Assembly: GCA_963845565.1 (NCBI GenBank)
Contig: CAWJSJ010000001.1
Span: 992,001 to 1,056,000, forward strand
Source of the DNA: an uncultured Methylomirabilota bacterium
Lineage (GTDB): Bacteria > Methylomirabilota > Methylomirabilia > Methylomirabilales > 2-02-FULL-66-22
Direction: 5' to 3'
DNA length: 64,000 nucleotides
Part shown: positions 9,753-19,363 of the stretch, in pieces
How positions within the stretch are numbered: the first letter of the stretch is position 1
Layout of the letters: each line of letters begins with the position of its first letter
The notes under the pieces: model-generated
What the model was told of the DNA's origin: nothing
Databases searched by the model: none
What the model saw: only the letters and a program-made list of their open reading frames with translations
Translations under genes and position numbers: made by a program

Positions 9753-9781
9753 ATGATACACGCCCTCTCCAGCCGAGGCAA
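9753..9781 (-). promoter_or_regulatory. sigma70-type promoter upstream of rpsA
   Basis: Minus strand TTGCCT-17 bp-TATCAT. Confidence 0.55.
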
Positions 9782-9809
9782 GCAAAATAAACCCTATCCG
9801 CCCACAAAC

Positions 9810-10529
9810 TCAGGGCTTATCCCGCCCGAGCACTCCGGCCACCTCCGCCAGCATCCGGCGGACAACCCCCTCCGCATCCAGCGAGGTCGAATCGATCCGA
9901 ATCGCATCCGCCGCCGGCCGAAGCGGGGCGATGTCCCGTCCACTATCGCGGGCGTCGCGCCGAGCAACCTCTTCTCGGACGGCGCCCGGGTCGGCAGCCG
10001 CCCCTGCGCGCTGCAGGTCCTTGAGCCGGCGATCCGCCCGGACGCCGAGGTCCGCATCCAGGAAGAACTTGAGGTCCGCATCGGGAAAGACCACGGTCCC
10101 GATATCCCGTCCGTCCATCACCACACCGCCCGCACTCGCCATCGATCGCTGCAGCGCCACCATGCGTTCCCGCACGGCCGGACAGGTCGAGACCAGCGAG
10201 GCCGCCTCGTCCATCGCGGGCGTCCGGAGCCACGCCGTGACGTCGGTGCCGTCCACCAAGATGCGGGGACCGTCCGCGGTGGACGCGATCCGGACGTCGG
10301 TGCGCACCGCCAGCGCTCCCAACCCGGCGTGACTGCGCAGGTCCACGCCTTCCCGCACCGCTTTCCACCCCAAGGCGCGGTACATGGCGCCGCTGTCGAT
10401 GTAGAGGCATCCGATTTCCGCCGCAAGCCGCCGCGCCACCGTACTCTTGCCGGCGCCGACCGGTCCGTCGATGGCAATCACCAGACCCGGTCCACCCGAT
10501 TGCGCGCTCCTGCGGTTCGCCTCAGACAT
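9810..10529 (-). CDS. cmk: Cytidylate kinase
   Basis: IAIDGPVGAGKST, IDSGAMYRA, VMDGRDIGTVVFPDA, RDARD. Confidence 0.95.
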   Translation of the reverse strand: MSEANRRSAQSGGPGLVIAIDGPVGAGKSTVARRLAAEIGCLYIDSGAMYRALGWKAVREGVDLRSHAGLGALAVRTDVRIASTADGPRILVDGTDVTAWLRTPAMDEAASLVSTCPAVRERMVALQRSMASAGGVVMDGRDIGTVVFPDADLKFFLDADLGVRADRRLKDLQRAGAAADPGAVREEVARRDARDSGRDIAPLRPAADAIRIDSTSLDAEGVVRRMLAEVAGVLGRDKP

Positions 10530-11874
10530 CCTCCGCCACCTCGACCACGCCACAGGCGGGCGCTACCTCCGCCAGCAGCCGTGCAAACCCGGGAAACGAG
10601 GTGTCCACGCACGCCACGTCCCGGATCGTGGTTTCCCCGTCCGCGAACAGCGCCGCGATGGCCAGGCTCATCGCCATGCGGTGGTCGCCCCGGCTGGAGA
10701 CCACCGCGCCCCGCAGCCGGGCGCCCCCGCGCACGCGCAGGCTGTCGGCGGTCACGGACACCTCCGCCCCCAATCGCCCGAACTCCTCCGCCACCGCCGA
10801 GAGCCGATCCACCTCCTTCACCCGGAGCTCACCCGCGCCCGTGATGGTCGTCTCGCCCTCGGCCAGCGCAGCGATGACCGCCAGGACCGGAACCTCGTCC
10901 ACCAACCGAGGAATCAGGTCGGCGCCGATCTGCACCCCGCGCAGTCCCGCTCCGGAGACCGTGAGGTCCGCCACCGGCTCCCCAGCCTCGAGCCGAGCCC
11001 GGTCGTGCCGGATGGTGGCCCCCATCCCCGTGAGAACGTCCAGGATGCCGGTCCGCGTGGGGTTCACACCCACGTCCCGCACGCACACCGCCCCGCCACC
11101 CGGCGCCGCGGCCGCGGCCAGGAAGAACGCCGCCGAGGACAGGTCCCCGGGGATGCTGAGCGCGGTCGCAGCGAGCCGCGCCCCGCCCCTAATCGTCACC
11201 CTGACACCCTCCCGCCCCGGCGTCACGCCGAAGGCCGTCAGCATCCGCTCGGTGTGATCGCGCGAGAGGAACGGCTCGGCGACGCTCGTCTCCCCGGCGG
11301 CCTGGAGGCCCGCCAACAGGACGGCAGTTTTCACCTGCGCGCTGGCGACCGGCGAGCGCCAGGCGATCCCGCGGAGCTCGCCCCCCCGCACGGCCAGCGG
11401 AGGGAACCCCCCGTCCGCTCGCCCCAGCAGCGTGGCCCCCATCGCCCGAAGCGGATCCACGATCCGGCGCATGGGACGGCGCCGCAGCGAGCCATCGCCG
11501 GTGAGCAGACTGCAGAACGGTCGGCCGGCCAGGGCACCTGCCAGCATCCGGAACGTGGTCCCCGAGTTCCCGGCATCCAGGACCGTCTCCGGCTCGCGCC
11601 AGGCATCCGGGCCGCCGCCGTGAACCCGGACGAGACCGTCCGCGGACTCGGAGATCTCGACCCCGACCGCCCGCAGCGCAGCCATCGTCGCCCGGCAATC
11701 CTCGCTCCGGAGGAGGCCGCCAATCGCCGTCGTCCCGTGGGCCATGGCGCCCAGCACGAGCGCCCGGTGGGAGAGCGACTTGTCCCCCGGGACCCGGACG
11801 GTTCCCGCCAGCGAGGCCGGGCCGCAGAGCCGCCACGACCGCATCGTCCGTCGCGTGACCGTGGTCTGGTTCAT
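10522..11874 (-). CDS. aroA: EPSP synthase
   Basis: VPGDKSLSHR, DAGNSGTT, RRPMRR, SAQVK, SRDHTERML, ELRVKEVDRL, DHRMAM; ATGA overlap with the miaA stop. Confidence 0.96.
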   Translation of the reverse strand: MNQTTVTRRTMRSWRLCGPASLAGTVRVPGDKSLSHRALVLGAMAHGTTAIGGLLRSEDCRATMAALRAVGVEISESADGLVRVHGGGPDAWREPETVLDAGNSGTTFRMLAGALAGRPFCSLLTGDGSLRRRPMRRIVDPLRAMGATLLGRADGGFPPLAVRGGELRGIAWRSPVASAQVKTAVLLAGLQAAGETSVAEPFLSRDHTERMLTAFGVTPGREGVRVTIRGGARLAATALSIPGDLSSAAFFLAAAAAPGGGAVCVRDVGVNPTRTGILDVLTGMGATIRHDRARLEAGEPVADLTVSGAGLRGVQIGADLIPRLVDEVPVLAVIAALAEGETTITGAGELRVKEVDRLSAVAEEFGRLGAEVSVTADSLRVRGGARLRGAVVSSRGDHRMAMSLAIAALFADGETTIRDVACVDTSFPGFARLLAEVAPACGVVEVAEDV

Positions 11875-12892
11875 CCCCCACTCCCGACCGTTGCCACCGG
11901 CCCGTCGCCGCGCGGCCGGCCCGTCGCCGCCGCGGCGGCCGCCAGGCGCGCCACGATGGACGCCGCCAGCGAGTCCACCCACTCATCGCCCCGCACCGTG
12001 ACCCATTCGGCCGTCGGCTCGCGCCGGAACCAGGTCACCTGCCGCTTGGCGTAATTCCGGGTGGCCCGCTGCATCTCGGCCAGCGCCTCCGCCTCCGTCG
12101 CCTGCCCCGCCACGACCGCCGCGGCCTGCCGATAGCCCAGCGCCTGGAGCGGACGGAGCGTCGGTGCGTATCCGGCCCTGACCAAGCCTCGCACCTCGGC
12201 GACCAGCCCGTCCTCCCACATCCGTTGGGCTCGGGCATCGATCGCCCGGTACAGTTCCTCGCGTTCCCGCATCAGGACCAGAAAGGCGGACACCATCACC
12301 CGCGGAGGATCCCACAGGGTGGGCCGCATCGCGGACGGGGGCACCCCCGTGAGTTCCCAGAGTTCGAGGGCACGCACCAGCCGAAACACATCGCCCGGGC
12401 GGATGGCCGCAGCCGAAAGGGGATCCACCTGCCGCAACCGTTCGTGGAGGAGTGCACCCCCCGCCCCCGTCGCCTCGGCTCGCAGCCGCGCTCGGATGGC
12501 GGGGTCCCCCGCTTCGCCCGCGAGCTGCCCCTTCAGGAACGCCCGCAGGTAGAGGCCCGTACCCCCCACCAGGATCGGCAGGCGGCCGCGGGCGTGGATC
12601 TCAGCCACCAGGGCTCGGGCCCGCCGGGCGAACTCGAACGCTGAAAACGTCTCCGTCGGGTCACAGACATCCAGCAGATGATGCGGCACGGCGCGTCGGT
12701 CCGCCGGGGACGGTTTGCCGGTCCCGATGTCGAGCCCGCGGTACACCTGCATGGAGTCGGCCACGACGATCTCGGCCGGCGCGCGCGTCGCGACGGCCAG
12801 CCCGAGTCGCGACTTCCCAACCCCGGTGGGGCCGGCGATGATCAGGATGGATGGCGCAAGAATGGCGGACGGCTCCCGTCTCAGGGCGTCAC
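11871..12892 (-). CDS. miaA: tRNA dimethylallyltransferase (start codon uncertain)
   Basis: In-frame ILIIAGPTGVGKS lies upstream of ADSMQVYRGLDIGTGKP, VGGTGLYL, TRNYAKRQVTWFR. No in-frame canonical start before the P-loop. Confidence 0.9.
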
Positions 12893-13227
12893 GGCGCGAG
12901 CGCCCATTGTTCGACCCGGAACCGCAGGGTACGGCGGTAGAGGACCAGATCCAGGGGAACCTCCCACCCCACGCGGACCACGATCCGGTCCCCGTGTTGG
13001 CCGAACTCGACGGCGTCCTCCGCGAGGTCCACGCCCAGGTTCTTGGCCCGCGCGATGAGTTCCGCCCGCGCCTCGGCCTCTTTCCCCGGGCGCGTGGCAG
13101 CCATGGCCGCCTCTTTGACCGGGTTCTGCATGGACAGGTAGTCCCAGTAGATCGGGATGACCTTGCTCCCGACGAACCCGATGCCGGCCAGGACCGTCAC
13201 CGTCAGCAGGAACCCCAGGCGCGTCAT
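12889..13227 (-). CDS. Small membrane-anchored protein, DUF4845-like
   Basis: N-terminal TM helix followed by KVIPIYWDY, typical length, C-terminal WEVPLDL. Confidence 0.55.
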   Translation of the reverse strand: MTRLGFLLTVTVLAGIGFVGSKVIPIYWDYLSMQNPVKEAAMAATRPGKEAEARAELIARAKNLGVDLAEDAVEFGQHGDRIVVRVGWEVPLDLVLYRRTLRFRVEQWALAP

Positions 13228-13302
13228 GCCTGGGGCTCCCGGATTTCGTCTTCCCGGACAGTGCATGGATGGGTACCCTCGCGGACCGTCGCGACCGTCC
13301 GC

Positions 13303-14301
13303 CTACCGCCGCGCCTTCAGCCAGCTCATCATCCCACGCAGTTCCTTGCCGACCACCTCGACCTGCTGTTCGGCTTCCGTCCGGCGCATGGCCAGGAAGC
13401 CGGGCCGACCGGCCTGGTTCTCCAGGATCCACTCGCGGGCAAACTGGCCGCTCTGGATTTCGGCCAGGATCTTCTTCATTTCGGCCTTGACCGAGTCGTT
13501 GATGATCCGCGGGCCGCGGGTGTAGTCCCCGTACTCCGCCGTGTCGCTCACCGAGTAGCGCATGTACCCCAGGCCACCCTGGTAGATCAGGTCCACGATC
13601 AGCTTCATCTCATGCATGCACTCGAAGTAGGCGGACTCGGGCTGATACCCGGCCTCCACCAGCGTCTCGAAACCGGCCTTCATGAGCGCGGCGATTCCGC
13701 CGCAGAGCACCGTCTGCTCCCCGAAGAGGTCGGTCTCGGTCTCTTCCTTGAAGGTGGTCTCCAACACCCCGGCGCGCGTGCTGCCGATGCCCTTGGCATA
13801 CGCCAAGGCCAACTCCTTGGCCTTCCCGGACGGGTTCTGGTAGACGGCGACCAGCGCCGGCACGCCGGAGCCCTCGGTGTACACCTGTCGCATGGTGTGG
13901 CCCGGGGCTTTGGGGGCGATCATCGAGACGTCCACATCCGGCGGGGGCACGATCTGGTTGAAGTGGATGTTGAAGCCGTGGGCGAACATCAGGGTCTTCC
14001 CCGGCCGCAGCGCCGGCCGGATGGACTCCTCGTACACCTGCTTGTGGGTCTGATCGGGGAGCAGGATCATGACCACCTGGGACGCCTCGGCGGTCTCGGC
14101 CACCGTCCCCACCTTCAGCCCATCCCCCTTGGCTTTGTCCCAGGACTTGCTGCCCTTGTAGAGTCCGACCATGACCTCCAGACCGCTATCCCGGTGGTTC
14201 AGGGCGTGCGCGTGCCCTTGACTCCCGTACCCGATGATCCCGATGGTCTTCCCCTTCAACAGCCCCAGGTCCGCGTCCTTGTCGTAGTAGAGTGTCGCCA
14301 T
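13303..14301 (-). CDS. ilvC: Ketol-acid reductoisomerase
   Basis: [42 protein letters not shown]. Confidence 0.98.
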   Translation of the reverse strand: MATLYYDKDADLGLLKGKTIGIIGYGSQGHAHALNHRDSGLEVMVGLYKGSKSWDKAKGDGLKVGTVAETAEASQVVMILLPDQTHKQVYEESIRPALRPGKTLMFAHGFNIHFNQIVPPPDVDVSMIAPKAPGHTMRQVYTEGSGVPALVAVYQNPSGKAKELALAYAKGIGSTRAGVLETTFKEETETDLFGEQTVLCGGIAALMKAGFETLVEAGYQPESAYFECMHEMKLIVDLIYQGGLGYMRYSVSDTAEYGDYTRGPRIINDSVKAEMKKILAEIQSGQFAREWILENQAGRPGFLAMRRTEAEQQVEVVGKELRGMMSWLKARR

Positions 14302-14314
14302 GGATCTCCTCGTT

Positions 14315-14878
14315 TCAGTCGTTCATCGCCTGTTTCCGGCCGACCACCCGCACCCGGCTCTCCTCGCGTTTGGGGAGGCTCTTGCTGCCCCGGGCGATGG
14401 CCAGCGTCCCGCTGCGCACGATCTCCTGAATGCCGAAGGGCTGCAGCAACTCCAACACGGCTGCGACCTTCTTCTGCTCCCCGGTGACCTCCAGCGTGTA
14501 GCTGGTGGGGGTCACGTCCACGATGCGTCCGCGGAAGATCTCGTTGATCCGCAGGATCTCCGCCCGCGACGCCGCCTCGGCGTTGACCCGGACGAACACC
14601 ATCTCGCGTCCGATGTGCTCTTCGTCCGTCAGATCGATGACCTTGATGACATCGATCAACCGATGCAACTGCTTGACCGCTTGCTCGATGACCCATTCGT
14701 CGCCGTGGAGCGACAGCGTCATCCGGGACACCGACGGGTCCAGCGTCTCGGCCACCGACAGACTGTCGATGTTGTATCCTTTGGCGGCGATCAGCGAGGC
14801 AATTCTGGCCAGGACGCCCTGATGATTCTCCACCAGGACGGCCAGGATGTGCTTCCGGTATTGCTTGACATCCGTCAT
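14315..14878 (-). CDS. ilvN: Acetolactate synthase small subunit
   Basis: ACT domain [38 protein letters not shown]. Confidence 0.95.
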   Translation of the reverse strand: MTDVKQYRKHILAVLVENHQGVLARIASLIAAKGYNIDSLSVAETLDPSVSRMTLSLHGDEWVIEQAVKQLHRLIDVIKVIDLTDEEHIGREMVFVRVNAEAASRAEILRINEIFRGRIVDVTPTSYTLEVTGEQKKVAAVLELLQPFGIQEIVRSGTLAIARGSKSLPKREESRVRVVGRKQAMND

Positions 14879-14930
14879 GGGGTTCCGTCCTCTGCGCCAC
14901 CCCCGGCCGGCGCCGAGAGGCAAACGGCGG

Positions 14931-16664
14931 TTAGCGCCAGCCCTGGAAAAGCCGTTCGGGGATCGGCTCGCCCTCGTCGATGATCTCCCGCAGGCTGCAC
15001 CCGGCCGGGATGATCGGGTAGCAGTTCTCTTCCCGCGTCGTCACGATGTCCACCACCACCGGGCCCGGGGTGCCGATCGCCTTCTCGATGACGGGGCGGA
15101 CCTCACTGGGCCGCCGGGCCCGCAGGCCGGTGGCCCCGAAGGCCTCCGCCAGCTTCACGAAGTCCGGCTGGACCTCCAGATCCACCTGCGAGTACTTGCC
15201 GCCGTAGAACATGTCCTGCCACTGGCGGACCATCCCCAGATACCGGTTGTTGATGATGAAGATCTTCACCGGCAAGTTGTACTGGACGCAGGTGATGAGG
15301 TCCTGCATGGTCATCTGAAAGCTGCCGTCCCCATCGATGTCGACGACCAGTCGGCTGGGAAACGCCGCCTGCGCCCCCAGCGCCGCCGGAAACCCGTAGC
15401 CCATGGTCCCCAGCCCCCCCGAGGTCAGCCAGTTCCGGGGATTGCGCGCCCGGTAGTACTGCGCCGCCCACATCTGGTGCTGCCCCACACCCGTGGACAC
15501 GACGGGGTCGTGCGCCTCGGTCGCCTTGTAGATCTCGTCGATGGCGAACTGGGGCAGGATCGCACCGTCCGCCTCCTGCCGGTACCGCAGCGGGTGGCCG
15601 CGCTGCCACTCCGCGATCTGCCCGTACCATTCCGCCATCTCTCCGCGCCAGTCGCGCGTCCCCTTGGCCAGCTCAGCGTTCAGCTGGGTCAGCACGCGCT
15701 TCACATCCCCCACGATGGGCACGTCCACGTGGACGTTTTTCCGGATCGAGGTCGGATCGATGTCGATGTGGATGATCTTGCAGTTCTTGGCGAACTCGGA
15801 GAGCTTCCCGGTCACCCGGTCGTCGAAGCGGGACCCGACCGCGATCATCAGGTCGGCGTGGGCCATGACCATGTTGGCGGCGTAGGTGCCGTGCATCCCT
15901 AGCATGCCCAGCCACAGCGGATGCGCCGTATCCAGCGCCCCCAACCCCATCAGGGTCAGCGTGGTGGGGATCTGCGTCTGGTTGACCAGCTGGGTGAGTT
16001 CCGCCGAGGCGTCGGCGTGGATGATCCCGCCGCCGCCGTAGATGACCGGCCGCTTGGCGGCCGCAATCAGCTCCGCCGCCTTCCGGATCTGCCCGGGGTG
16101 GCCGTTGACGGACGGGTTATAGCTCCGGATCGAGACCTCCGACGGGTAGCCCTTGAACTCCGCGCGGCCCATGATCACGTCTTTGGGCAAGTCCACCAGG
16201 ACCGGTCCCGGCCGACCGCTGCGGGCGATGTAGTACGCCTCCTTGATGATCCGCGGCAGGTCCTCGGTCTTGGTGGCCAGGAAGTTGTGCTTGGTGCAGG
16301 TGCGCGTCGTCCCGACGACGTCCGCCTCCTGGAAGGCATCGCAGCCCATCACCGCGGTCGGCACCTGGCCGGTGAAGACCACGATGCCCATGGAGTCCAT
16401 CAGGGCGTCGGTGAGGCCCGTGATGGTATTGGTGGCCCCCGGGCCGGAGGTGACGATGGCCGTACCCGTCTGTCCGCTGGCCTTGTAGTATCCCTCGACG
16501 GCGTGGACCGCCGTCTGTTCGTGCCGGCACAGAATGTGGTGGATCGGGTAATCCAGAAGCATGTGGTAGGTGTGCAGGATCACGCCGCCCGGATGGCCGA
16601 AGACCGTGTGGGTCCCCTCGGCCTGCAGGCTGCGCAGGAAGATCTCCGAACCGGTCAGCCGCAT
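14931..16664 (-). CDS. ilvB: Acetolactate synthase large subunit
   Basis: TSGPGATN, GRPGPVLVDLPKD, GMLGMHG, GVGQHQMW, IDGDGSF, NNRYLGMVRQWQ. Confidence 0.97.
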   Translation of the reverse strand: MRLTGSEIFLRSLQAEGTHTVFGHPGGVILHTYHMLLDYPIHHILCRHEQTAVHAVEGYYKASGQTGTAIVTSGPGATNTITGLTDALMDSMGIVVFTGQVPTAVMGCDAFQEADVVGTTRTCTKHNFLATKTEDLPRIIKEAYYIARSGRPGPVLVDLPKDVIMGRAEFKGYPSEVSIRSYNPSVNGHPGQIRKAAELIAAAKRPVIYGGGGIIHADASAELTQLVNQTQIPTTLTLMGLGALDTAHPLWLGMLGMHGTYAANMVMAHADLMIAVGSRFDDRVTGKLSEFAKNCKIIHIDIDPTSIRKNVHVDVPIVGDVKRVLTQLNAELAKGTRDWRGEMAEWYGQIAEWQRGHPLRYRQEADGAILPQFAIDEIYKATEAHDPVVSTGVGQHQMWAAQYYRARNPRNWLTSGGLGTMGYGFPAALGAQAAFPSRLVVDIDGDGSFQMTMQDLITCVQYNLPVKIFIINNRYLGMVRQWQDMFYGGKYSQVDLEVQPDFVKLAEAFGATGLRARRPSEVRPVIEKAIGTPGPVVVDIVTTREENCYPIIPAGCSLREIIDEGEPIPERLFQGWR

Positions 16665-16799
16665 GGTGTATCTCCCCCTCCCGCGGGAGGATCGCTCCCG
16701 CCGGGTGTCTGCCGTTTTCTTCATCCGCCCGGCCGTCCAAGGCGCGGACCTAGGGGTCGGATGTAAGTTTTGATTTTTAACATGCGAAACGGTCAGCCG

Positions 16800-18416
16800 T
16801 CAATCACGAACTGGCCGCCCCGAGGATCGCCGCATCCGGCGCCGGAGGAGGTCCTGGGCCCAGGCGAGCTCGTCGCAGCGGAGAACCGCGGCGGCGCCGA
16901 GGAAGAGGCCGACCGCCACGCCCATCTCCCCGACCAGCACGGCGACCCGCCCGACGAGCGATGGAAACCCCATCGGGCTCCACCAGAGGTGCGTGGCCGC
17001 GCCCCAGCCGGCCATGGGAAGGCACGCCACCGCCACCCGCGCCGCCGCCCGCAGGATGACCCGCCCCTCCAGAAGGCCGAGGCGTCGCCGCAGGCGGAGG
17101 ACGAGCTGCAGGCAGTTGCTGGCCGACGCGACCGCCGTGGCGAGGGCGAGACCCACCGCACCCAAGGGGCCCATCAGGAGCAGGCTGGCCCCGATGTTCA
17201 CCCCCACCGCCACCATCCCGGTCGAGACGGGCGTCCAGGTGTCCCGCATGGCGTAGAAGGCGGGCGCCAGGATGCGGTTGCCGATGTAGAACGCCAGCCC
17301 GACCGCGTAGGCGCAGAGGATCGCGGCGGTGAGGAGCGTCACCGATCGCGTAAAGGCGCCCCGTTCGAACAGGACCGCCACCACGGGGACCGCGAAGCTG
17401 ATCAAGCCAACCATGGACGGCACAGCGAGAAAGATCGCCAGGCGCAGGCTGTCCCGCAGCGCCCGCTTCATCTCACCCATCGCGTCCCGGGCGACCGCCG
17501 TGGCCATCACCGGCAGCGCGCCGGTGGCGATCGCCACCCCGACCACCCCGATGGGGAACTGCACCAGCCGGAACGCGTAGGTCATGGCCGCCACGCTCCC
17601 CTCCGCCAACCAGGAGGCCAGGAGCGTTCCCACGAAGACGTTGATCTGGGTGACGGCGAGCCCGGCCACCCCGGGGAGCATCAACCGGCCGATCTCCCGG
17701 ACCGCGGGGTCCCGCGGCGCGACCTGCATCGCCGGCCGCCAGCCGCAGGCCACGGCCGCCGGGACCTGGATGGCGAGCTGGCCGATCCCTCCGACGACCA
17801 CCGCGATGGCGATCGGAATCACCGGCTGGCTCACCACCGGCGCCACCAGGAAGGCCGACGCGATCATCACCAGATTCAGCACCGTGGGGGACAGCGCCGG
17901 CGCCAGGAAGTGACCCAGCGAGTTGAGGATCGCCATGAACAGCGCCGCCAGCCCCACCAGGAAGATGTAGGGGAACATGATCCGAAGCAGCGTGGCGGTC
18001 AGCGCCAGTTTTCCGGGGACCGCGGCGAAACCGGGTGCTAGGACCTGGACAATCCAGGGGGCCAGCAGGACCCCCGCCACCGACACCACCGCCAGCACGA
18101 CCGCCAGCGTCCCGAGGACCCGCGAGGCCAGCGCCCACGCCGCGCCTTGCCCGTCCCGGGCGGTCGTGCGCGCGAAGGTGGGAATGAAGGCCGCCGAGAG
18201 CGCGCCTTCTCCCAGGAGCTCGCGCAGCGTGCTGGGAATCCGGAAGGCGACGAAGAACGCATCGGCCACCATGCCCGCGCCAAAGAGCCAGGCGATGGCC
18301 ATGTCCCGCACGAACCCGAGGACGCGGCTGAGGAGAGTCGCCAGGCCGACGACCCCCGCCGCCGAGGCGATTTTCCGAACCGAGGCGGATCCGACGGAGG
18401 TCCCCGGCTCAGTCAT
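16800..18416 (-). CDS. murJ: Lipid II flippase
   Basis: SRVLGFVRD, ADAFFVAFRIP, LLGEGALSAAFIP, RLVQFPIG, FYAMRDT. Confidence 0.95.
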   Translation of the reverse strand: MTEPGTSVGSASVRKIASAAGVVGLATLLSRVLGFVRDMAIAWLFGAGMVADAFFVAFRIPSTLRELLGEGALSAAFIPTFARTTARDGQGAAWALASRVLGTLAVVLAVVSVAGVLLAPWIVQVLAPGFAAVPGKLALTATLLRIMFPYIFLVGLAALFMAILNSLGHFLAPALSPTVLNLVMIASAFLVAPVVSQPVIPIAIAVVVGGIGQLAIQVPAAVACGWRPAMQVAPRDPAVREIGRLMLPGVAGLAVTQINVFVGTLLASWLAEGSVAAMTYAFRLVQFPIGVVGVAIATGALPVMATAVARDAMGEMKRALRDSLRLAIFLAVPSMVGLISFAVPVVAVLFERGAFTRSVTLLTAAILCAYAVGLAFYIGNRILAPAFYAMRDTWTPVSTGMVAVGVNIGASLLLMGPLGAVGLALATAVASASNCLQLVLRLRRRLGLLEGRVILRAAARVAVACLPMAGWGAATHLWWSPMGFPSLVGRVAVLVGEMGVAVGLFLGAAAVLRCDELAWAQDLLRRRMRRSSGRPVRD

Positions 18417-18542
18417 GCGCCACCCGCCGTCCCCACCGCACCAGAAATCCCTTGACTTCCCGCCACGACTCCTCTAAAAGAATAGGGTTTCTGGGCGGTC
18501 CCAGAACGCTGCGGGATGAGACCATCGAAAGGAGTCAGGTAG

Positions 18543-18821
18543 ATGCCGATCATCAAATCGTCCATCAAGGATCTGCGCCGAACCGAGCGGCGGACTGCCC
18601 GGAACCGGGCCGCCCAGGGGAAGTTGCGGTCCAGCTTGAAGCGCGCCCGGACCGCCGTGGCCGGCGGCCAGGCCGCCGTTGCACAGCAGGCCGTGGCGGA
18701 CGCCGTGCCCGTGATCGACCGCGCCATCGCCAAGGGCATCTTGCACAAGAACGCCGCCGCCCGGTACAAGTCGCGCCTGATGCGGCGAGCGGCCAAGCTC
18801 ACCGCGCCTGCCGCGTCGTAA
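18543..18821 (+). CDS. rpsT: 30S ribosomal protein S20
   Basis: MPIIKSSIK...KGILHKNAAARYKSRL; RBS AAAGGAG; TTGACT-17-TAAAAG at 18452-18480. Confidence 0.95.
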   Translation: MPIIKSSIKDLRRTERRTARNRAAQGKLRSSLKRARTAVAGGQAAVAQQAVADAVPVIDRAIAKGILHKNAAARYKSRLMRRAAKLTAPAAS

Positions 18822-18831
18822 ACCGATCCCG

Positions 18832-19353
18832 TCACCACTCCTCCAGCAGTCGGGCCACCAGCTTCGACGCCGCGTCCTGCGCCGCGCCCTGCACCGCCTC
18901 GTCCTCCGCCGTGCGCGTGCCGGCCGCGGTGGTTCCGGCCGTGTAGAACGCTTCGCCGACCACCACCTCCTTGAGCCGGACCTTGCCGTCGGCCCGCCCG
19001 ACCAGGGTCGCCGACACCGTGACCCGCACCCGGAACCGCCGACCGATGTCCTGCACGTTAAAGGCGATCGCTTCGTTCAGGTAGGCCGTGACGCTCCCCG
19101 AGAGGATCACGTCCGGAGGGCCGGCCTCCGGCGAGCGCAGGATCCCCCGCAGCCGGAGCTGGCGCAGCAGCGCCCCCGCCACCGCGCCCTGGACGCCGGG
19201 ACGAAAGGTTTCGTTGGTGATCGGCTCGACGGCCACCCGGGGTCCGCCCTCGGCCGAGCCGGTCGCCCCGAGGGGCTGATATCCGCACCCGACCGCGAAT
19301 GCCGCCGCTGCACCCAGCAGCAGGCATTGCACCACGATCCACCGTCCGCGCAT
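18832..19353 (-). CDS. lptE: LPS assembly lipoprotein LptE family
   Basis: Lipobox AVGC followed by GYQ; position directly after leuS. Confidence 0.75.
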   Translation of the reverse strand: MRGRWIVVQCLLLGAAAAFAVGCGYQPLGATGSAEGGPRVAVEPITNETFRPGVQGAVAGALLRQLRLRGILRSPEAGPPDVILSGSVTAYLNEAIAFNVQDIGRRFRVRVTVSATLVGRADGKVRLKEVVVGEAFYTAGTTAAGTRTAEDEAVQGAAQDAASKLVARLLEEW

Positions 19354-19363
19354 CGGCCTCCCC

